Positions 15,491 to 30,069 of a stretch of DNA of 64,000 nucleotides are shown one piece after another. Source of the stretch: the human T2T-CHM13v2.0 reference genome, Homo sapiens; the NCBI RefSeq assembly GCF_009914755.1, contig NC_060926.1. One strand, given 5' to 3'. The notes beneath the pieces were generated by a model, which was not told the origin of the DNA, did not search any database, and saw only the letters and a program-made list of their open reading frames with translations. Position 1 is the stretch's first letter, and each line of letters starts with the position of its first letter. Made by a program: the position numbers and the translations under genes.

Positions 15491-16221
15491 CTCTGTGCTT
15501 TTGATCTGCAGCTTTAAATAAAGCAGTACTCCATCAGGTATTTCTCTTTTCAATGCCTTCTTTCTAACACATTTACAGCCTATTGAAATATTCCCCATTA
15601 CAGACAAACCAAACCAAATAAGTGGAAGACTTGACCCCTCCCTCCGTATAGCACCACCTGTAGCTTATATTCTACTTCTCCTTCCCCTCTGCATCCAAGC
15701 CCTTCAAAAAGATTAACTTTTTTTTTTTTTAAACTGTCTCTATGCCTTCCCCCTTGCCATAAAGACCTTCCTGACCATTCAGGTGGAATTGAATCTTTGA
15801 TTCATTTTACCTTGCTTCCAGTATATAATGTTGTCATGCCAGATACAACAGCTTTTTTGCACTTACTTATTTACTCTGTCCTTGTAAGTCTGAGTCCTTC
15901 AGAGGTAAGACCATGCCTGTTTTTGTATATCTAGATTTTAGTATAATGTCTAGCGTATGTCTAAAATTTAATACCTGTGTTGAATCAAATCCTCACAATA
16001 GATCTAAGACTAAATTTATGAAACTATTATTTAAACATGCATCAAAGGAATTTGCATAGTTTCACAATGGAATATATTTTAAATGATTTTATAAGAAAAT
16101 AATGCAAACCAGATGCATAGCCCTCTAATTATCTGATGTCATTTAGTAATACATTTTAAACATTTATAGGAATAAATGGACTGAGTGCTTTTTAGGAACC
16201 CTCTGTTAACATAAAGCTTTC

Positions 16222-17277
<1,056 letters not shown>

Positions 17278-17839
17278 CATAAAGCTTTCAATAAAGGGTA
17301 AAGAGCAGGGATTTGAGTCGACATTATATATATATATATATATAAAACCAAAATGCAGATATTATATATAACAAGTTAGTTAATGGAAGATTGACACAAT
17401 AATAATCACCTGTGTGATAGGTGGGGTTATAAAATTACAGCCTGGTCACAATCTATAACTGAATAGATGGTCAGTTCAGCTCAACACAAGTTAGATTACC
17501 AACAGATAGGCAGGGTCAAAAGATTCCCCAGAAGATAATTTGGAGATCAGTTTAACACTGAAACAAATGATGATAACTTTTTCCAAAATTCTATGCCATT
17601 TAAACAGAAATGCTTTTCACCTGGGAAATTTTTCAGGTAGGCATCACCAATCAACCATTAAAAAATAGAATATGATAATGTAAATAAATATCATGGTAGG
17701 CAAAAACTGTCATGAGCATGAGCCCAGAACTCATTTGCTATGTCAAATACATCAATTTCCAGTCTAATTACCTGGAGCAAATAGTCTAATTTTATGAATT
17801 CAAGTCTCTCTATCTTTGGAACAATTAAAACATTTATAT

Positions 17840-18050
17840 AGGTCTTTAAGCCAGGTACAGTTTTATGTGTTTTATATATATTAACTTATAAAATCTCACA
17901 TCAAATCCTATGAAGTAGGTGCTATTTTTAAAATGAGGGAACCAAAACACAGAGAAGGTAAGTATACTGTCCATGGCTACAAAGGTGAGAGTAAAGTAAT
18001 AATTTAACTCAGATGGTATGACCCCAAAGTAAATGCTATGATTCATTACA
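17840..18050 (-). mobile_element. MIR
   Basis: MIR core (ATCCTATGAAGTAGG...ATGAGGGAACC...AGAGAAGGTAAGT). Confidence 0.7.
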
Positions 18051-18277
18051 CTTGCTGTCTCTTAGCAAAAGTGATCACATGAAAATATCTATCTTTTGGG
18101 GTTACTGTGAAAATAAAATAAAATAATGTAGGCATAATAAGAGAAGTACTAATGCCTCAGAAAACAAAAGCTCTTATCTATTTATAAGAAATGTGATTTT
18201 TCTAAGGAACCCTCTAAGTTATATTGATTTCAAACTATAAAGACCAAGAACTAAATGATTTCTTCTGTCTCTTAGAT

Positions 18278-18378
18278 CAAGCATTAGCAAACTATTTTTA
18301 CTTTATAAAAGGCTAGATAGCAAATATTTTAGAATTTGCTTGTCATATGGTCTCTGACTACTCAGCTCTTCCTTGTAT
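18278..18378 (+). mobile_element. MER58-like hAT DNA transposon fragment
   Basis: AGCAAACT...AAAGGCTAGATAGCAAATATTTTAG...CATATGGTCTCTG...ACTACTCAGCTCT resembles the MER58A 5' half. Confidence 0.7.
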
Positions 18379-18993
18379 AAATTCGTTTGCAAATAATGTA
18401 CTACTAAACAAATAACATATAGAAATGTAATATATTTGCTAATAATATCACAAAGGTTATTTTTGCTGTTTGAGTTGGTGATATAGCAAAAGTGTATTGA
18501 GCTAAGGAAGTGACTCCAGATGGCAATTTGAATCCACAGGAACATATGAAGAAAAATGATAAGTAAAATGGTTTCTATAACAAAAGCTATTGATATATAT
18601 TCATACTCCTTTTTCAATTAGTTTATTTTAAAAGCATAAAATTATATAAAGTAATAATTATGACCAAGTATTAGTGGATTAGTAACATTTATGAATGTAT
18701 TAGGTACACCAATAATACCACAGAAAGGGGAAGGAGGGAATGGAGATATAAGCAATAAGTTCATATTTTATTGCAATTAAGTTGGTATTAATCTGAAACT
18801 GATAAGATATATATGGCAAGCCTCCCAACAACAATTAAGGAAATAAAAACTAAAGTGAAAAAAGTCACTAAAAATTAAAATATTACATTACAAAATATTA
18901 ATTTAATGAAAAAAGCAGTTAAGGAATGATAAACAAAAATACTTGAGACACAGAAAACAAGATGTAAAATGGCAGACATAAAGCCAATTATAG

Positions 18994-19344
<351 letters not shown>

Positions 19345-20442
19345 TAGAAACATTATCATGCAAATAGGATCCACAAGAAAGCTGGGCTATCTATACTAAT
19401 ATTGGGCTAGACTTTAAACAAAACATGTTATGAGAGATTGAGAGGGTCAACCCATCAGGAAGATACAACCATAATAAATATATATTCATCTAATAACAGA
19501 AGGGAAAAATACAAGAAGCAAAAACTGAGTGAAAGAATTAGACCATTTCAAAATAATAGTTGGAAACTTTAATGTCCCAATTTTAATGATAGGTGGAAAC
19601 AATTAGGCAAAAGTTTAACAAGGAAACATAAGACTTGAACAACACTATAAACCAACTGGAACCAACAGACAAGCCTAGAACACTATACCCAGCTACAGCA
19701 GAGTACATATTCTCAAGGGCACTTGGAGCATTCTTGAAGGTAGACCATAAAATAAGCCATAAAACAAACCTCCATACATTTTAAAGATTATAAAAACATA
19801 CTAAAAAGTATGATCTCTGACTACAAGGAAGTAAAATTACAAATCAAGAAGAGAAATAAACCTGAAGACCTCAAAAATAAGGGGAAATTAAACAAGTCAC
19901 TCCTAACTAACAAGCAGGTCCAAGAAGAAATCAAAGGGAAATTGGATAATACCTTGAGATGAATAAAAATAAAAGGGCAAATAGAGAATAGAAAAAAATT
20001 ATTAATAAAACTAAAAGCTGTTTATTTGAAAATGTCAAAAAAATTCAAACTTTACCTAGGTTTACCAAAAACAGAGAATATTCAAATTTCTAGAATTACA
20101 AATGAAAGAGGGATCATTAGTACTGACCTCACAGAAATAAAAAGGATTATTAAAAGAAAAATGAATAATTGTATGCCAAAATTAGTGCCCACTAAGAAAA
20201 GTCTAGGCCCAGATGGCTTCACTGATGAATTTTACCAAGAAGTTAAAGAATTAGTCACCTATTATTTCAAAAGATGGAAGAGGAGATACATTTCCTCAGT
20301 CATCCTGATATCAGAATTCCTCTGACACTGAAACAATATAAAGACATCATAAGAAAGAAAACTATAGACCAAAATCTCTTATAAATGTAGATGCAAAAAT
20401 CCCAAGTCAAATACTAGCAAACTTAATCCAACAGTATGATAG

Positions 20443-20953
20443 TGTGATAGTTAGTTTTATTTGTCAACCTGGCTGGAGCAGGGGATGTTCAGATGTCAGG
20501 TTAAATATTTCTGGGTAGGTCTATGAGGGGTTTTTTTTTTTTTCAGGATGAAATTAGCATTTGGATTAGTGTAGTCATTCAGTAAAGTAAATTGCCCTCC
20601 CTAGCGTGTGGGGATGGGTATCATCCAATCTGCTCAGGCCTACGTAGAATAAAAGACATAGGAAGAGGAGTTTCCCCCTTTTTTTCCCTACCTCACCATT
20701 TGAACTGGGACATTTCCTCTTATCTTCTCCTGCACTTGAACTGGCATTTACACCATCAGGTCCTCTTGTTTTCACATCTTTGGACTTGGGCTGAATTATA
20801 ACATCAGCTTTCCTGGTTCGTCATCTTGCAGATATAAGATCATGGGACTTCTCCACATGGTAATTGCATGAGCCAATTCTTCATAATCTCTCTCTCTCTC
20901 TCTCTCTGTCTATCGTATTGGTTTTGCTTCTCTGGAAAGCCCTGACTAATTCA
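20443..20953 (+). mobile_element. MLT2 (ERV-L) solo LTR
   Basis: TGTGATAGTTAGTTTTATTTGTCAACCTG start, (CT)n, TCTCTGGAAAGCCCTGACTAATTCA end. Confidence 0.85.
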
Positions 20954-22362
20954 ACAACATAATAAAATAATTACACACCATAACCAAGTGGGATTTATTT
21001 CAGCAATGCAAGATTGGTTTAATATCTGAGTTTTAATTACTGTGATACAGCTTATCAATAGAATTTAAAAATCACATAATCACTTCAAAGATGCAGAAAA
21101 AACATTTGACAATATTCTTTCATGATTAAAAAAATACTCAACAAATTAGTAATAGGAGGTAATTTCCAAACTGATAAAGACCATCTATTAAAAACCCACA
21201 GTTAACAATATTCCTTAATAATAAACAGCTAGATCCCTTCTTCACAATTTCAGGAACAAGACAAGGGTGTCTTCTCTTACCACTTTTATTCAACATTGTA
21301 CTGGAGGTTCTAGCAGGGCAATTAGGAAAGAAAAAGTAATACAAGACATCCAGATTGGAAAGGAAGATGTAAAATTAACTTTATTCACAGATGACATGAT
21401 CTCGTATGCAGAAAATTCTGAGAAATACACTAAAAACTGTGAAAATGAATAACATGCTTAGCAAGGAGTTTGTAGGATACAAGGCATACAAAAACCAACT
21501 ATATTTGCACACACTTTTTATGAACAATTGAGAATGAAATTAAGAGAACAATTTCATTTACAATACTATCAAAAAGAAAGTACTATAGAAATAAATTTAA
21601 TCAAATAGTGTAAGACTTGTACATTAAAAACAGCAAAGTATTGCTGAAAGATAATAAAGGTACACATGTACATATTCCTTAGCTCTATTAATTAAAGGGT
21701 CTAAGCCCTAAAACACCCAAATAGTACATAGCAATCCTCATACCCATATCTTGGCTTGTAAATACCATTCTCCACCATAAGGAGCCAGTACTCCTTGGAG
21801 AATTGGCTGATTCCTAGATTGTGACAGGGAAAGTCCGAGATCATACTATAACATCTTATAACTGAAAGTACGAAGGTGTTCTAAAAATGATGAGGTCATG
21901 TCAAAAAAAAAAAACAAAAACCCAGGAGCCAGCTCAAAGGGTTCCTACTGACCAGATCTGGGATTATTAGATCATCAAAACATAAAATAACAGTAATGAA
22001 ATATGACCTATTTAATAATGTAGTGAATTATGAGTCCAATCTAATATAAATAAATAAATCAGGAGGAGATAAATAGTTTTTACAGTGGAATGCTGACAAA
22101 TGAAATAGAAGGAATGATGGATTTAGGGAATCTCCATTTGACAACCATAATAGCAATAATTAATTCAGTTAAGTGAATACTAAAATTAGTGAATGGAAAT
22201 ATGTGAAAAATAAAATATTTGCATAGTATCAAGGTATTTCCTCACAAAATGTTTACTGATTACAGGAGGGGAAACTTTATAGTGGAGAAGCCTGGCAGAC
22301 ACTATTTTGGCCATTGGGTAAGGCTATCAGTACTAGCATTACACAAATCAAAGTCTTATGCT

Positions 22363-22707
<345 letters not shown>

Positions 22708-24321
22708 TTATGCCATGCAATCAATAAATGTAGTGAGAACACAGCATCACTGCTTTGATTTTCCTGCCAAAACACAATATTAATCCAGTTAGTCTTACAT
22801 ACGAGTGTCACTAAAAAGTCAATAGGTATGTACTTGGATGGCTTTCTATAGATACTTTACAATTTCTTTTATCATAATTTTCTTGTTCTTGTCCAGTGTT
22901 CTTTTGGAATAAGCGGTTTAAAAAACATATTAATTTATGTTTTAAATTTTGCTGTTATCCTAATTATGGTTTAGAAATCGTATCATCTATTGCTATTCAA
23001 TTAATAGAATTTCCTTCAAATGTCCACAGTATACTTGACATACAAATTCTTAATACTTTAAGCTCTTTATCATGGCATAAACAAAATGTAGAATGCTGTT
23101 TTGTATTCTAGCTTTAATGCATCTCTACCCAGCTACCTTCACCCAACACCCTTACACCGACACACACCCATCCTCTTGCTGCTCTGGTTTATAGGTTTAT
23201 TTATTTATTTATTTTACAATTTGTTTTCTCCAGTAATTGAGGGTATTGTTTTGTTCTTTTATAATTTATAATGTTTTTATTGAGAATCTACTGTCAAAAA
23301 CAATAAATGTTCTTGCTAAAGTTTGTTTAAAAATTTATATTCTTTATATATTAAGATTTGATACACACACACAAACACACACACACATTCCTTCACACTT
23401 GAACAGCAAAGTTTACATTTTCTATACCCTTTGTAGTTATTTTGGTTTGACACGCTAATTCCTATAGAGGTATGTTTAAATACTACTTCACTCTGATTAT
23501 ATATTTATCTGTTCCTTCTTATAATTTGTATCAAGTTGCTTTACATATTTTGATTTTACTGTTTGATGCATTTAAGTGAATTAAAGGAAGATACAATATT
23601 ACATATTGGATATTATATATTATATATACATTTCCCTCCTCTTCCTTTACTTATGTATCCTTTCTCTTTTCTCCCTGTTCTGAGTAGCACTGTGGGTGTT
23701 ACAGCACATTTTAAAGGCAGAGGCAGGTCAGGATGAAAGAAGTCCAGATTAGGGAAAGTTATAAATGAACTGCTTAATATGCATCTTGCCTCTCTAAGCA
23801 CTATATATATATTTTTAAATTAGTCTGTCGTGACTAGACTAGTTCATTAGACGGCAGGTTCATGACAAAAACAAGAAAAAGAGCAGGACAAAAGGCCTTC
23901 TTAGAAAAATGAGATACACAGATGAATCGCTGGGTCTACTGTTTTCTTGGTTTCTGTCTTTTTTTTTTTTTTTCTCGCAGTGTGGAGGGATGGGGTAAGG
24001 GTTGAGAGGCACGAGCGAAAGAAGACTATGAATCTTCTAGTACCACTCACTCCACACCAGAGGAAAGGACAGAGCCAGGCTAACTGTCCACCTCAGGGTC
24101 ACATTTACTAAACCCTTTGATTCAGGATGAAATATGTATGGCTACCATGAGTTTCAGCATATAAATTCAGGTATCCTCCTGCCCAGGTGTTCAACAACCT
24201 CTGACACCCAGATACTTACTGGTATCTCAGGATTTATGACAGAAAAGTTCGTACAAATGTCCATGGAAAATGTCCACATGCAGCTTAGCCAAAAAGGAGA
24301 AAAATGTAGTTATTCACAGCC

Positions 24322-24555
24322 CAGGCTTTAGAACCAGACATATCTGTGAGGAGATCCTAGCTCTGCTACTTACCAGCATGCACTCTTGAGCAAGTTACTT
24401 AATCATTTTGAAACCAAATGTCCTTATTCATAAAAGAGTGTCATAACATGTATCTTAATTTGCTCTTGTAAAAATTAAGTTAGATAATTTATATAGGGTT
24501 CTTTCTATAATGCCTAGCACATGGTAAGGAATCAATGAATATTTAGCCATATTAG
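24322..24555 (+). mobile_element. MIR (MIRb-like)
   Basis: GATCCTAGCTCTGCTACTTACCAGC...GAGCAAGTTACTTAA core and ATGCCTAGCACATGGTAAG tail. Confidence 0.8.
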
Positions 24556-24839
24556 CTACATTGTTTAGTTAGTTACAAAATAAATAGAGGCTGAATTCTA
24601 GGTGGGGACCAAAGCGCAACATGGCATAATTCCAACAAGCATAAGATTTCCTCCAACAGAAGTTCATAAATAATCTTGATCTACTGACTTTCTTAATCTC
24701 AGTAGCCTATGGATTATTCTCTGTATTGCTATGGCTTCCTTTTTTTCTAACTCAGTTTTTAGTGTCAGCAATAACACCTCATGCTGTCTACTCAGCTTCA
24801 TCACCATGCTATAGTGTGACAAAGTATATTCATTTCTAC

Positions 24840-26968
24840 CGTAGAGTCAGAAGAAAAGCTTCTCCTTCACCCTCTGAAGGTTTACTGAAAATGAACTGAC
24901 AGAAGGCAGATTCATAGAAGGAAACACATACAAAATTTATTTGATGTTCATAAACATGGGAGAATTGCAGGTGAATGATTATTGAATAACCCTGTGAGGT
25001 CTAGGTGCTTATATATGTATCCTACTTTATAGGGGAAGGGGAAATGGGGGTTGTAGGACTAAATGATTTGCAGGAGAAAAGAATGAGCCCACACAAGGAT
25101 TACCTAGGACAGTGTTTCTCTGAGCTCTGGGGAAGGTGATACGAAGGTGAGGGGTGAAACTTCACCTTAAATAAGGGTTGTATTATGTGCAGATAGAGCC
25201 TCCCAGGTAATCTCTCAGAGCTGCCTTCAGAAGAATACATAAAAAATCTGTCTGGTTGTGATGAGAACTCCCAGTCTCTTCTCTTCTCAGAGAGTTAAAC
25301 TTTCCTAGTTATTTGATGAGATTCCTAGGGAAGGGGACTTCAGACAATTGTATTTTTTTTTTTTTTTAAGAATTTTTCTGCATCAGAGAAACAAATTCCA
25401 GAGAGTTGCTCCCAGTGCTTCATGAAAAAAAGAGGATTGAAGAGACAGGGGAAGATCAGATGAGAGAACTTGTGTCTTTCTGGAGGACCTTCAGTTTTCT
25501 TTAACTTGAGGCACTCAGCATGCCAAAGTGCTATATTTTGGGATATAATTTTTTTTTATTTTACTTTAAGTTCCGGGATACATGTGCATAATGTGCAGGT
25601 TTGTTACATAGGTATACATGTGCCATGGTGGTTTGCTGCACCTATCAACCCGTCATCTAGGTTTCAAGCCCTGCATGCATTAGGTATTTGTCCTAATGCT
25701 CTCCCTCCCCTTGCCCCAGACTCACCGACAGGCCCCAGTGTGTGATGTTCCCCTCCCTATGTCCATGTGTTCTCATTGTTCAACTCCCACTTATGAGTGA
25801 GAACATGCAGTGTTTGGTTTTTGTTCCTGTGTTAATTTGCTGGGGATGATGGTTTCCAGCTTCATCCATGTCCCTGCAGAGGACATGAATTCATTCTTTT
25901 TTATGGCTGCATAGTATTCCATGGTATATATGTGCCACATTTTCTTTATCCAGTCTATCATTGATAGGCATTTGGGTTGGCTCCAAGTCTTTGCTATTGT
26001 AAACAGTGCTGCAATAAACATTCGTGTGCATGTGTCTTTATAGTAGAATGATTTATAATCCTTTGGGTATATACCCAGTAATGGGATTGCTGGGTCAAAT
26101 GGTATTTCTGGTTCTAGATCCTTGAGGAATTGCCACACTGTCTTCCACAATGGTTGAACTAATTTACACTCCCATCAACAGTGTAAAAGTGTTCCTATTT
26201 TCTCTGCACCCTCTCCAGCATCTGTTGTTTCCAGACTTTTTAATGATCGCCATTTTAAATGGCATTAGATGGTATCTCATTGTGGTTTTGATTTGCATTT
26301 CCCTAATAACCAGTGATGATGAGCTTTTTTTCATATGTTTGTTGGCCGCATAAATGTCTTCTTTTGAGAAATGTCTGTTCATATCCTTTGCCCACTTTTT
26401 GATGGGGTTGTTTGGTTTTTTCTTGTAAATTTGTTTAAGTTTCTTGGAGATTCTGGATATTAGACCTTTGTCAGATGGATAGATTGCAAAAATTTTCTCC
26501 CATTCTGCAGGTTGCCTGTTCACTCTGAAGATAGTTTCTTTTGCTGAGCAGAAGCTCTTTAGTTTAATTAGATCCCATTTATCAATTCTGGCTTTTGTTG
26601 CAATTGCTTTTGGTGCTTTAGTAATGAAGTCTTTGCTCATGCCTATGTTCTGAATGATATTGCCTAGGTTTTCTAGGGTTTTTATGGTTTTAGGTTTTAT
26701 GTTTAAGTCTTTAATCCATCTTGAGTTAATTTTTGTGTAAGGTATAAGGAAGGGGTCCAATTTCTATTTTCTGCACATGTCTAGCCAGTTTTCCCAGCAC
26801 CATTTATTAAATAGGGAATCTTTTCCCCATTACTTGTTTTTGTCAGGTTTGTCGAAGATCAGATGGTTGTAGGTGTGTGGTGTTATTTCTGAGGCCTCTG
26901 TTCTGATGCCCCAGAAATAACACCACACATCTACAACCCTCTGGGATATAATTTTCTGTGCCCCAACA
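24840..26968 (-). mobile_element. ERV1 solo LTR (MER34/MER39-group) split by an L1
   Basis: Minus strand starts TGTTGGGGCACAGAAAATTATATCCCA[L1]AAATATAGCACTTTGGCATGCTGAGTG; 4-bp TSD CTAC (24836-24839, 26969-26972). Confidence 0.75.
25553..26941 (-). mobile_element. L1PA7/8-like 5'-truncated element with short fold-back 5' inversion
   Basis: ORF2 C-terminal ORFs 26164-26760 and 25791-26150; 14-bp TSD TGGGATATAATTTT (25539-25552, 26942-26955). Confidence 0.92.
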
Positions 26969-27035
26969 CTACCAAGATATGTTTGTACCTTTGTTTACAA
27001 TCTAGTATTTTTCTTAATTCTGTTTAATTTCACCA

Positions 27036-27450
27036 TGTATTAGTCCGTTTTCGCACTCCTGATAAAGACATACCTGAGACTGGGCAATTTACAAAAGAAA
27101 GAGGTTTAATTACTTACAGTTCCACGTGGCTGGGGAAGCCTCACAATCATGGTGGAAGGCAAGGAGGAGCAAGTCACATCTTAGATGGATGACAGCAAGC
27201 AAAGAGAGAGAGCTGGGGCAGAGGATCTCCTCTTTTGAAAACTATCAGATCTCGTGAGACTTATTCACTATCATGAGAACAGCTTGGGAAAGGCTTGCCC
27301 CCAGGATTCAGTTACCTCCCACTGGGTGCCTCTCACGAACAGCTTGGGAAAGACTTGCCCCCATGATTCAGTTACCTCCCACTGGGTGCCTCTCACAACA
27401 TGTGGGAATTCAAGATGTGGTTTGGGTGGGGACATAGCCAACCCACATCA
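27036..27450 (-). mobile_element. THE1 (MaLR) solo LTR with 60-bp tandem duplication
   Basis: TGTATTAGTCCGTTTTC...GATAAAGACATACCTGAGACTGGG; TSD CACCA/CATCA. Confidence 0.9.
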
Positions 27451-27829
27451 CATCAGAAATAGTTAAATAGTTTAAAAATACATATTATGTTTTTCGAGAA
27501 ATTTGGGTGGAATGTAGTAGAAATAGGCCAATAAAACAACATTTTTATTTACCTGTCAATGTAATCAAGTTGTTAACAATCTTCATATAACTAAAAAAAA
27601 ATAAATCATAACTGGGTCATGAAATGTTTTAATGGCATACCAATGCTTCTACTCACACTTGCCTGTTTATGTATTACTAAACCTAGCTACAAAAGGAAAA
27701 ATAAAATGCTGATATAAATAGAGAAAACTCAATAATGCCAATCATTCAATTCTTAGCTTTGCTGCTAAAATAAATTTAAGAAAAAATTTACATTAAAGTT
27801 GTGTTTGCATTGGCCATTATTGTGCAAAA

Positions 27830-28048
27830 CATGATTTCTCAGCCTTGGCTCTATGGACATTTGGAGCCGAATAATTCTTTGTCATGAGGCCTATCATATG
27901 TACTATAGGATATTTAGCAATATCTCTGACCTCTATTCACCAGATGTCAGTAGTACCCCTCCCAGGTATGACAACCAAAAATGTGTCCCGTCATTTCCAT
28001 GTCCCCTTGGGTGGGGGAGAGTGGCTTGCTCCTGGTTAAGAAGAACTG
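27830..28048 (+). mobile_element. MER20 (hAT-Charlie)
   Basis: ~219 bp with degenerate TIRs (CATGATTTCTCAGCC ... GGTTAAGAAGAACTG) and GACAACCAAAAATGT motif. Confidence 0.85.
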
Positions 28049-28219
28049 GTATAAACTAAAGGATGTTCAAAAGCAGGGAAGACACCTTTTGTCTTCATTT
28101 TTCATTTAATTTATATTTTTAAACTTTTGCTATTAATGCAAAGTAATGCACTATTGGAGGTTCTCTGTGCTGTACCCAAAGCACATTTTAAAAGTTGTTG
28201 GTCAAATTTAGCCTGCTCC

Positions 28220-28926
28220 TGATGCAGGATTTTTCTCAGTCATTTTGCCAGCTGGGGACCTCTGGCTGGCAACACCCTAGCCTGGGCCTTGCTCAGGCAT
28301 GCTACCTGCCTCAGGAGGCAGCCAACCCACTCAGCCAACCTGGGCCATGCCTGGTTTGTGCACCAGTGCAGCCTGTGGCTGGGCCAGGCATGCCCCAGCC
28401 TGCCTGTGTTATAGCTCATAACTGCATTCGGCGGTTCCCAAGTCCTTGTCCGACATCCGAGAAGAATGAGGATACACTGACAAATGAAGGGTGAGGAGGG
28501 CAGAGAATTTTATTGAGCAATGAAACAGCTCTCAGTGGAGAAGAGATGCAGGGCTGGTCGCCTACCCAAAGTTGGGTGGTTTCTCTCCCAATGTGGCTGA
28601 GCCTGGGGCTTTTACGGGCTCAGAATAGGGGAGTGCATGCTAATTGGTTTGTAACTATGCAAAAAAATTAAAGGCATCACTCAAAGGTGGGTGGGCACAA
28701 CAGGATAAAAAACCAATTAGGGAAGAGTAGGTATATGTAAAATATGTGAAAGGCGGGGATCAGTTAGAGGAAAGTGCACCAAACAGAAAGAGAGGTTCTC
28801 AATCCAGTCCATGGATTAACCTAGGACTTGTAGTTAGGCTTTAAACTATCTTTGGCTTGAGTATGGGGTTTCACCAGGGACCCACACCTGTCTGCCTAGG
28901 CATTTGTCTACTTCCTACTACTCTTA
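28220..28926 (-). mobile_element. ERV1 solo LTR (LTR27/LTR28/MER50-52 group)
   Basis: Minus strand ...AGACAAATGCCTAGGCAGACAGGTGTGGGTCCCTGGTGAAACCCC; AATAAA near 28508; 4-bp TSD CTCC. Confidence 0.8.
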
Positions 28927-28970
28927 CTCCCTTTGGCTCATATTTTATTCTGTTAAAAAATGTTGGACAA

Positions 28971-29381
28971 AGCAATGATAGACTGGATAAGGAAAATGTA
29001 GCATACATACACCATTTAATTCTATGCAGCCATAAAAAAGAATGATATCATGTCCTTTGCAGGGACATGAATGAAGCTGGAAGTCATCATTCTCAGCAAA
29101 CTAGCACAGGAGCAGAAAACCAAACACTGCATGTTCTTACTCGTAAGTGGGAGTTGAACAGTGAGAACACATGGACACAGGAAAGGGAATAACACACACC
29201 GTGGCCTGTCAGGGAATGGAAGACAAAGGAAAGCAGAGCATTAGGACAAATACCTAATGCATGTGGGGCTTAAAACCTAGATGACGGGTTGAAAGGTGCA
29301 GCAAACCACCATGACACATGTATACCTATGTAACAAACCTGCACATTCTGCACATGTATCCCGGAACTTAAAGTAAAAAAC
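28971..29381 (+). mobile_element. L1PA7/8-like 3' end, 5'-truncated
   Basis: GGGGCTTAAAACCTAGATGACGGG 3'UTR; 16-bp TSD AAAAAATGTTGGACAA (28955-28970, 29382-29397). Confidence 0.92.
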
Positions 29382-30069
29382 AAAAAATGTTGGACAAGAT
29401 TTTCATCCAGTTGCACCTGACTTCTGAAACTAATCCTAAATGTCCTCTGAATGTATTATTGAAAGATTGTTTTCTTTTCATTTTCTTTTTTTGTTCCCCA
29501 GCACATCCAGCATGCAGAAACAGAAGATTGTTTTCATTACCATTTATTTTTTTATGTGACACAAGTAGACTGCTCCAGACCTTGCAAGGTCTGATTTGAA
29601 TTTTTCAGAGCTTTCCTTTGCTGCTAATGGAATACCCCCTTTGTATATCCAAAACATTTTTCTTTGTTTCTATTGAGCATGGATGCTATATAGAATCAAC
29701 AGCATTGAATTGATCCAGTAGAAAGAGGCTTTTTGAGCAACATTAAAAATAGAAATGAAAATTGCAAGATTTTCTTTGGTTGCAATCCATTCCTTTATTT
29801 ACATGGCACAAACATTACTACTTTTCTATACCAATGGCATAGGAGCCTAGCTCTGAAGGTCTCCTGGGAGTCATTTAGCATTTCATTTAGGTCCAGGCCA
29901 CTGCAGATTATATTTTGTAAAGAAGGATAGAAATTTTTCTTTAAAATTCTACTAAAATAATCCAATAGTAGTTGAACAAGCTTCAAGTTTGTGCAACTTA
30001 TGTGATCAGAATGAGTTCCAATTTAGCTTAAAAGTTCATCTCAATTCCAGGAGAATTAAGAGCTCATAT

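Noticed and set aside
26164-26760. 198-aa ORF as a gene
   Set aside because: L1 ORF2 C-terminal fragment of a truncated element
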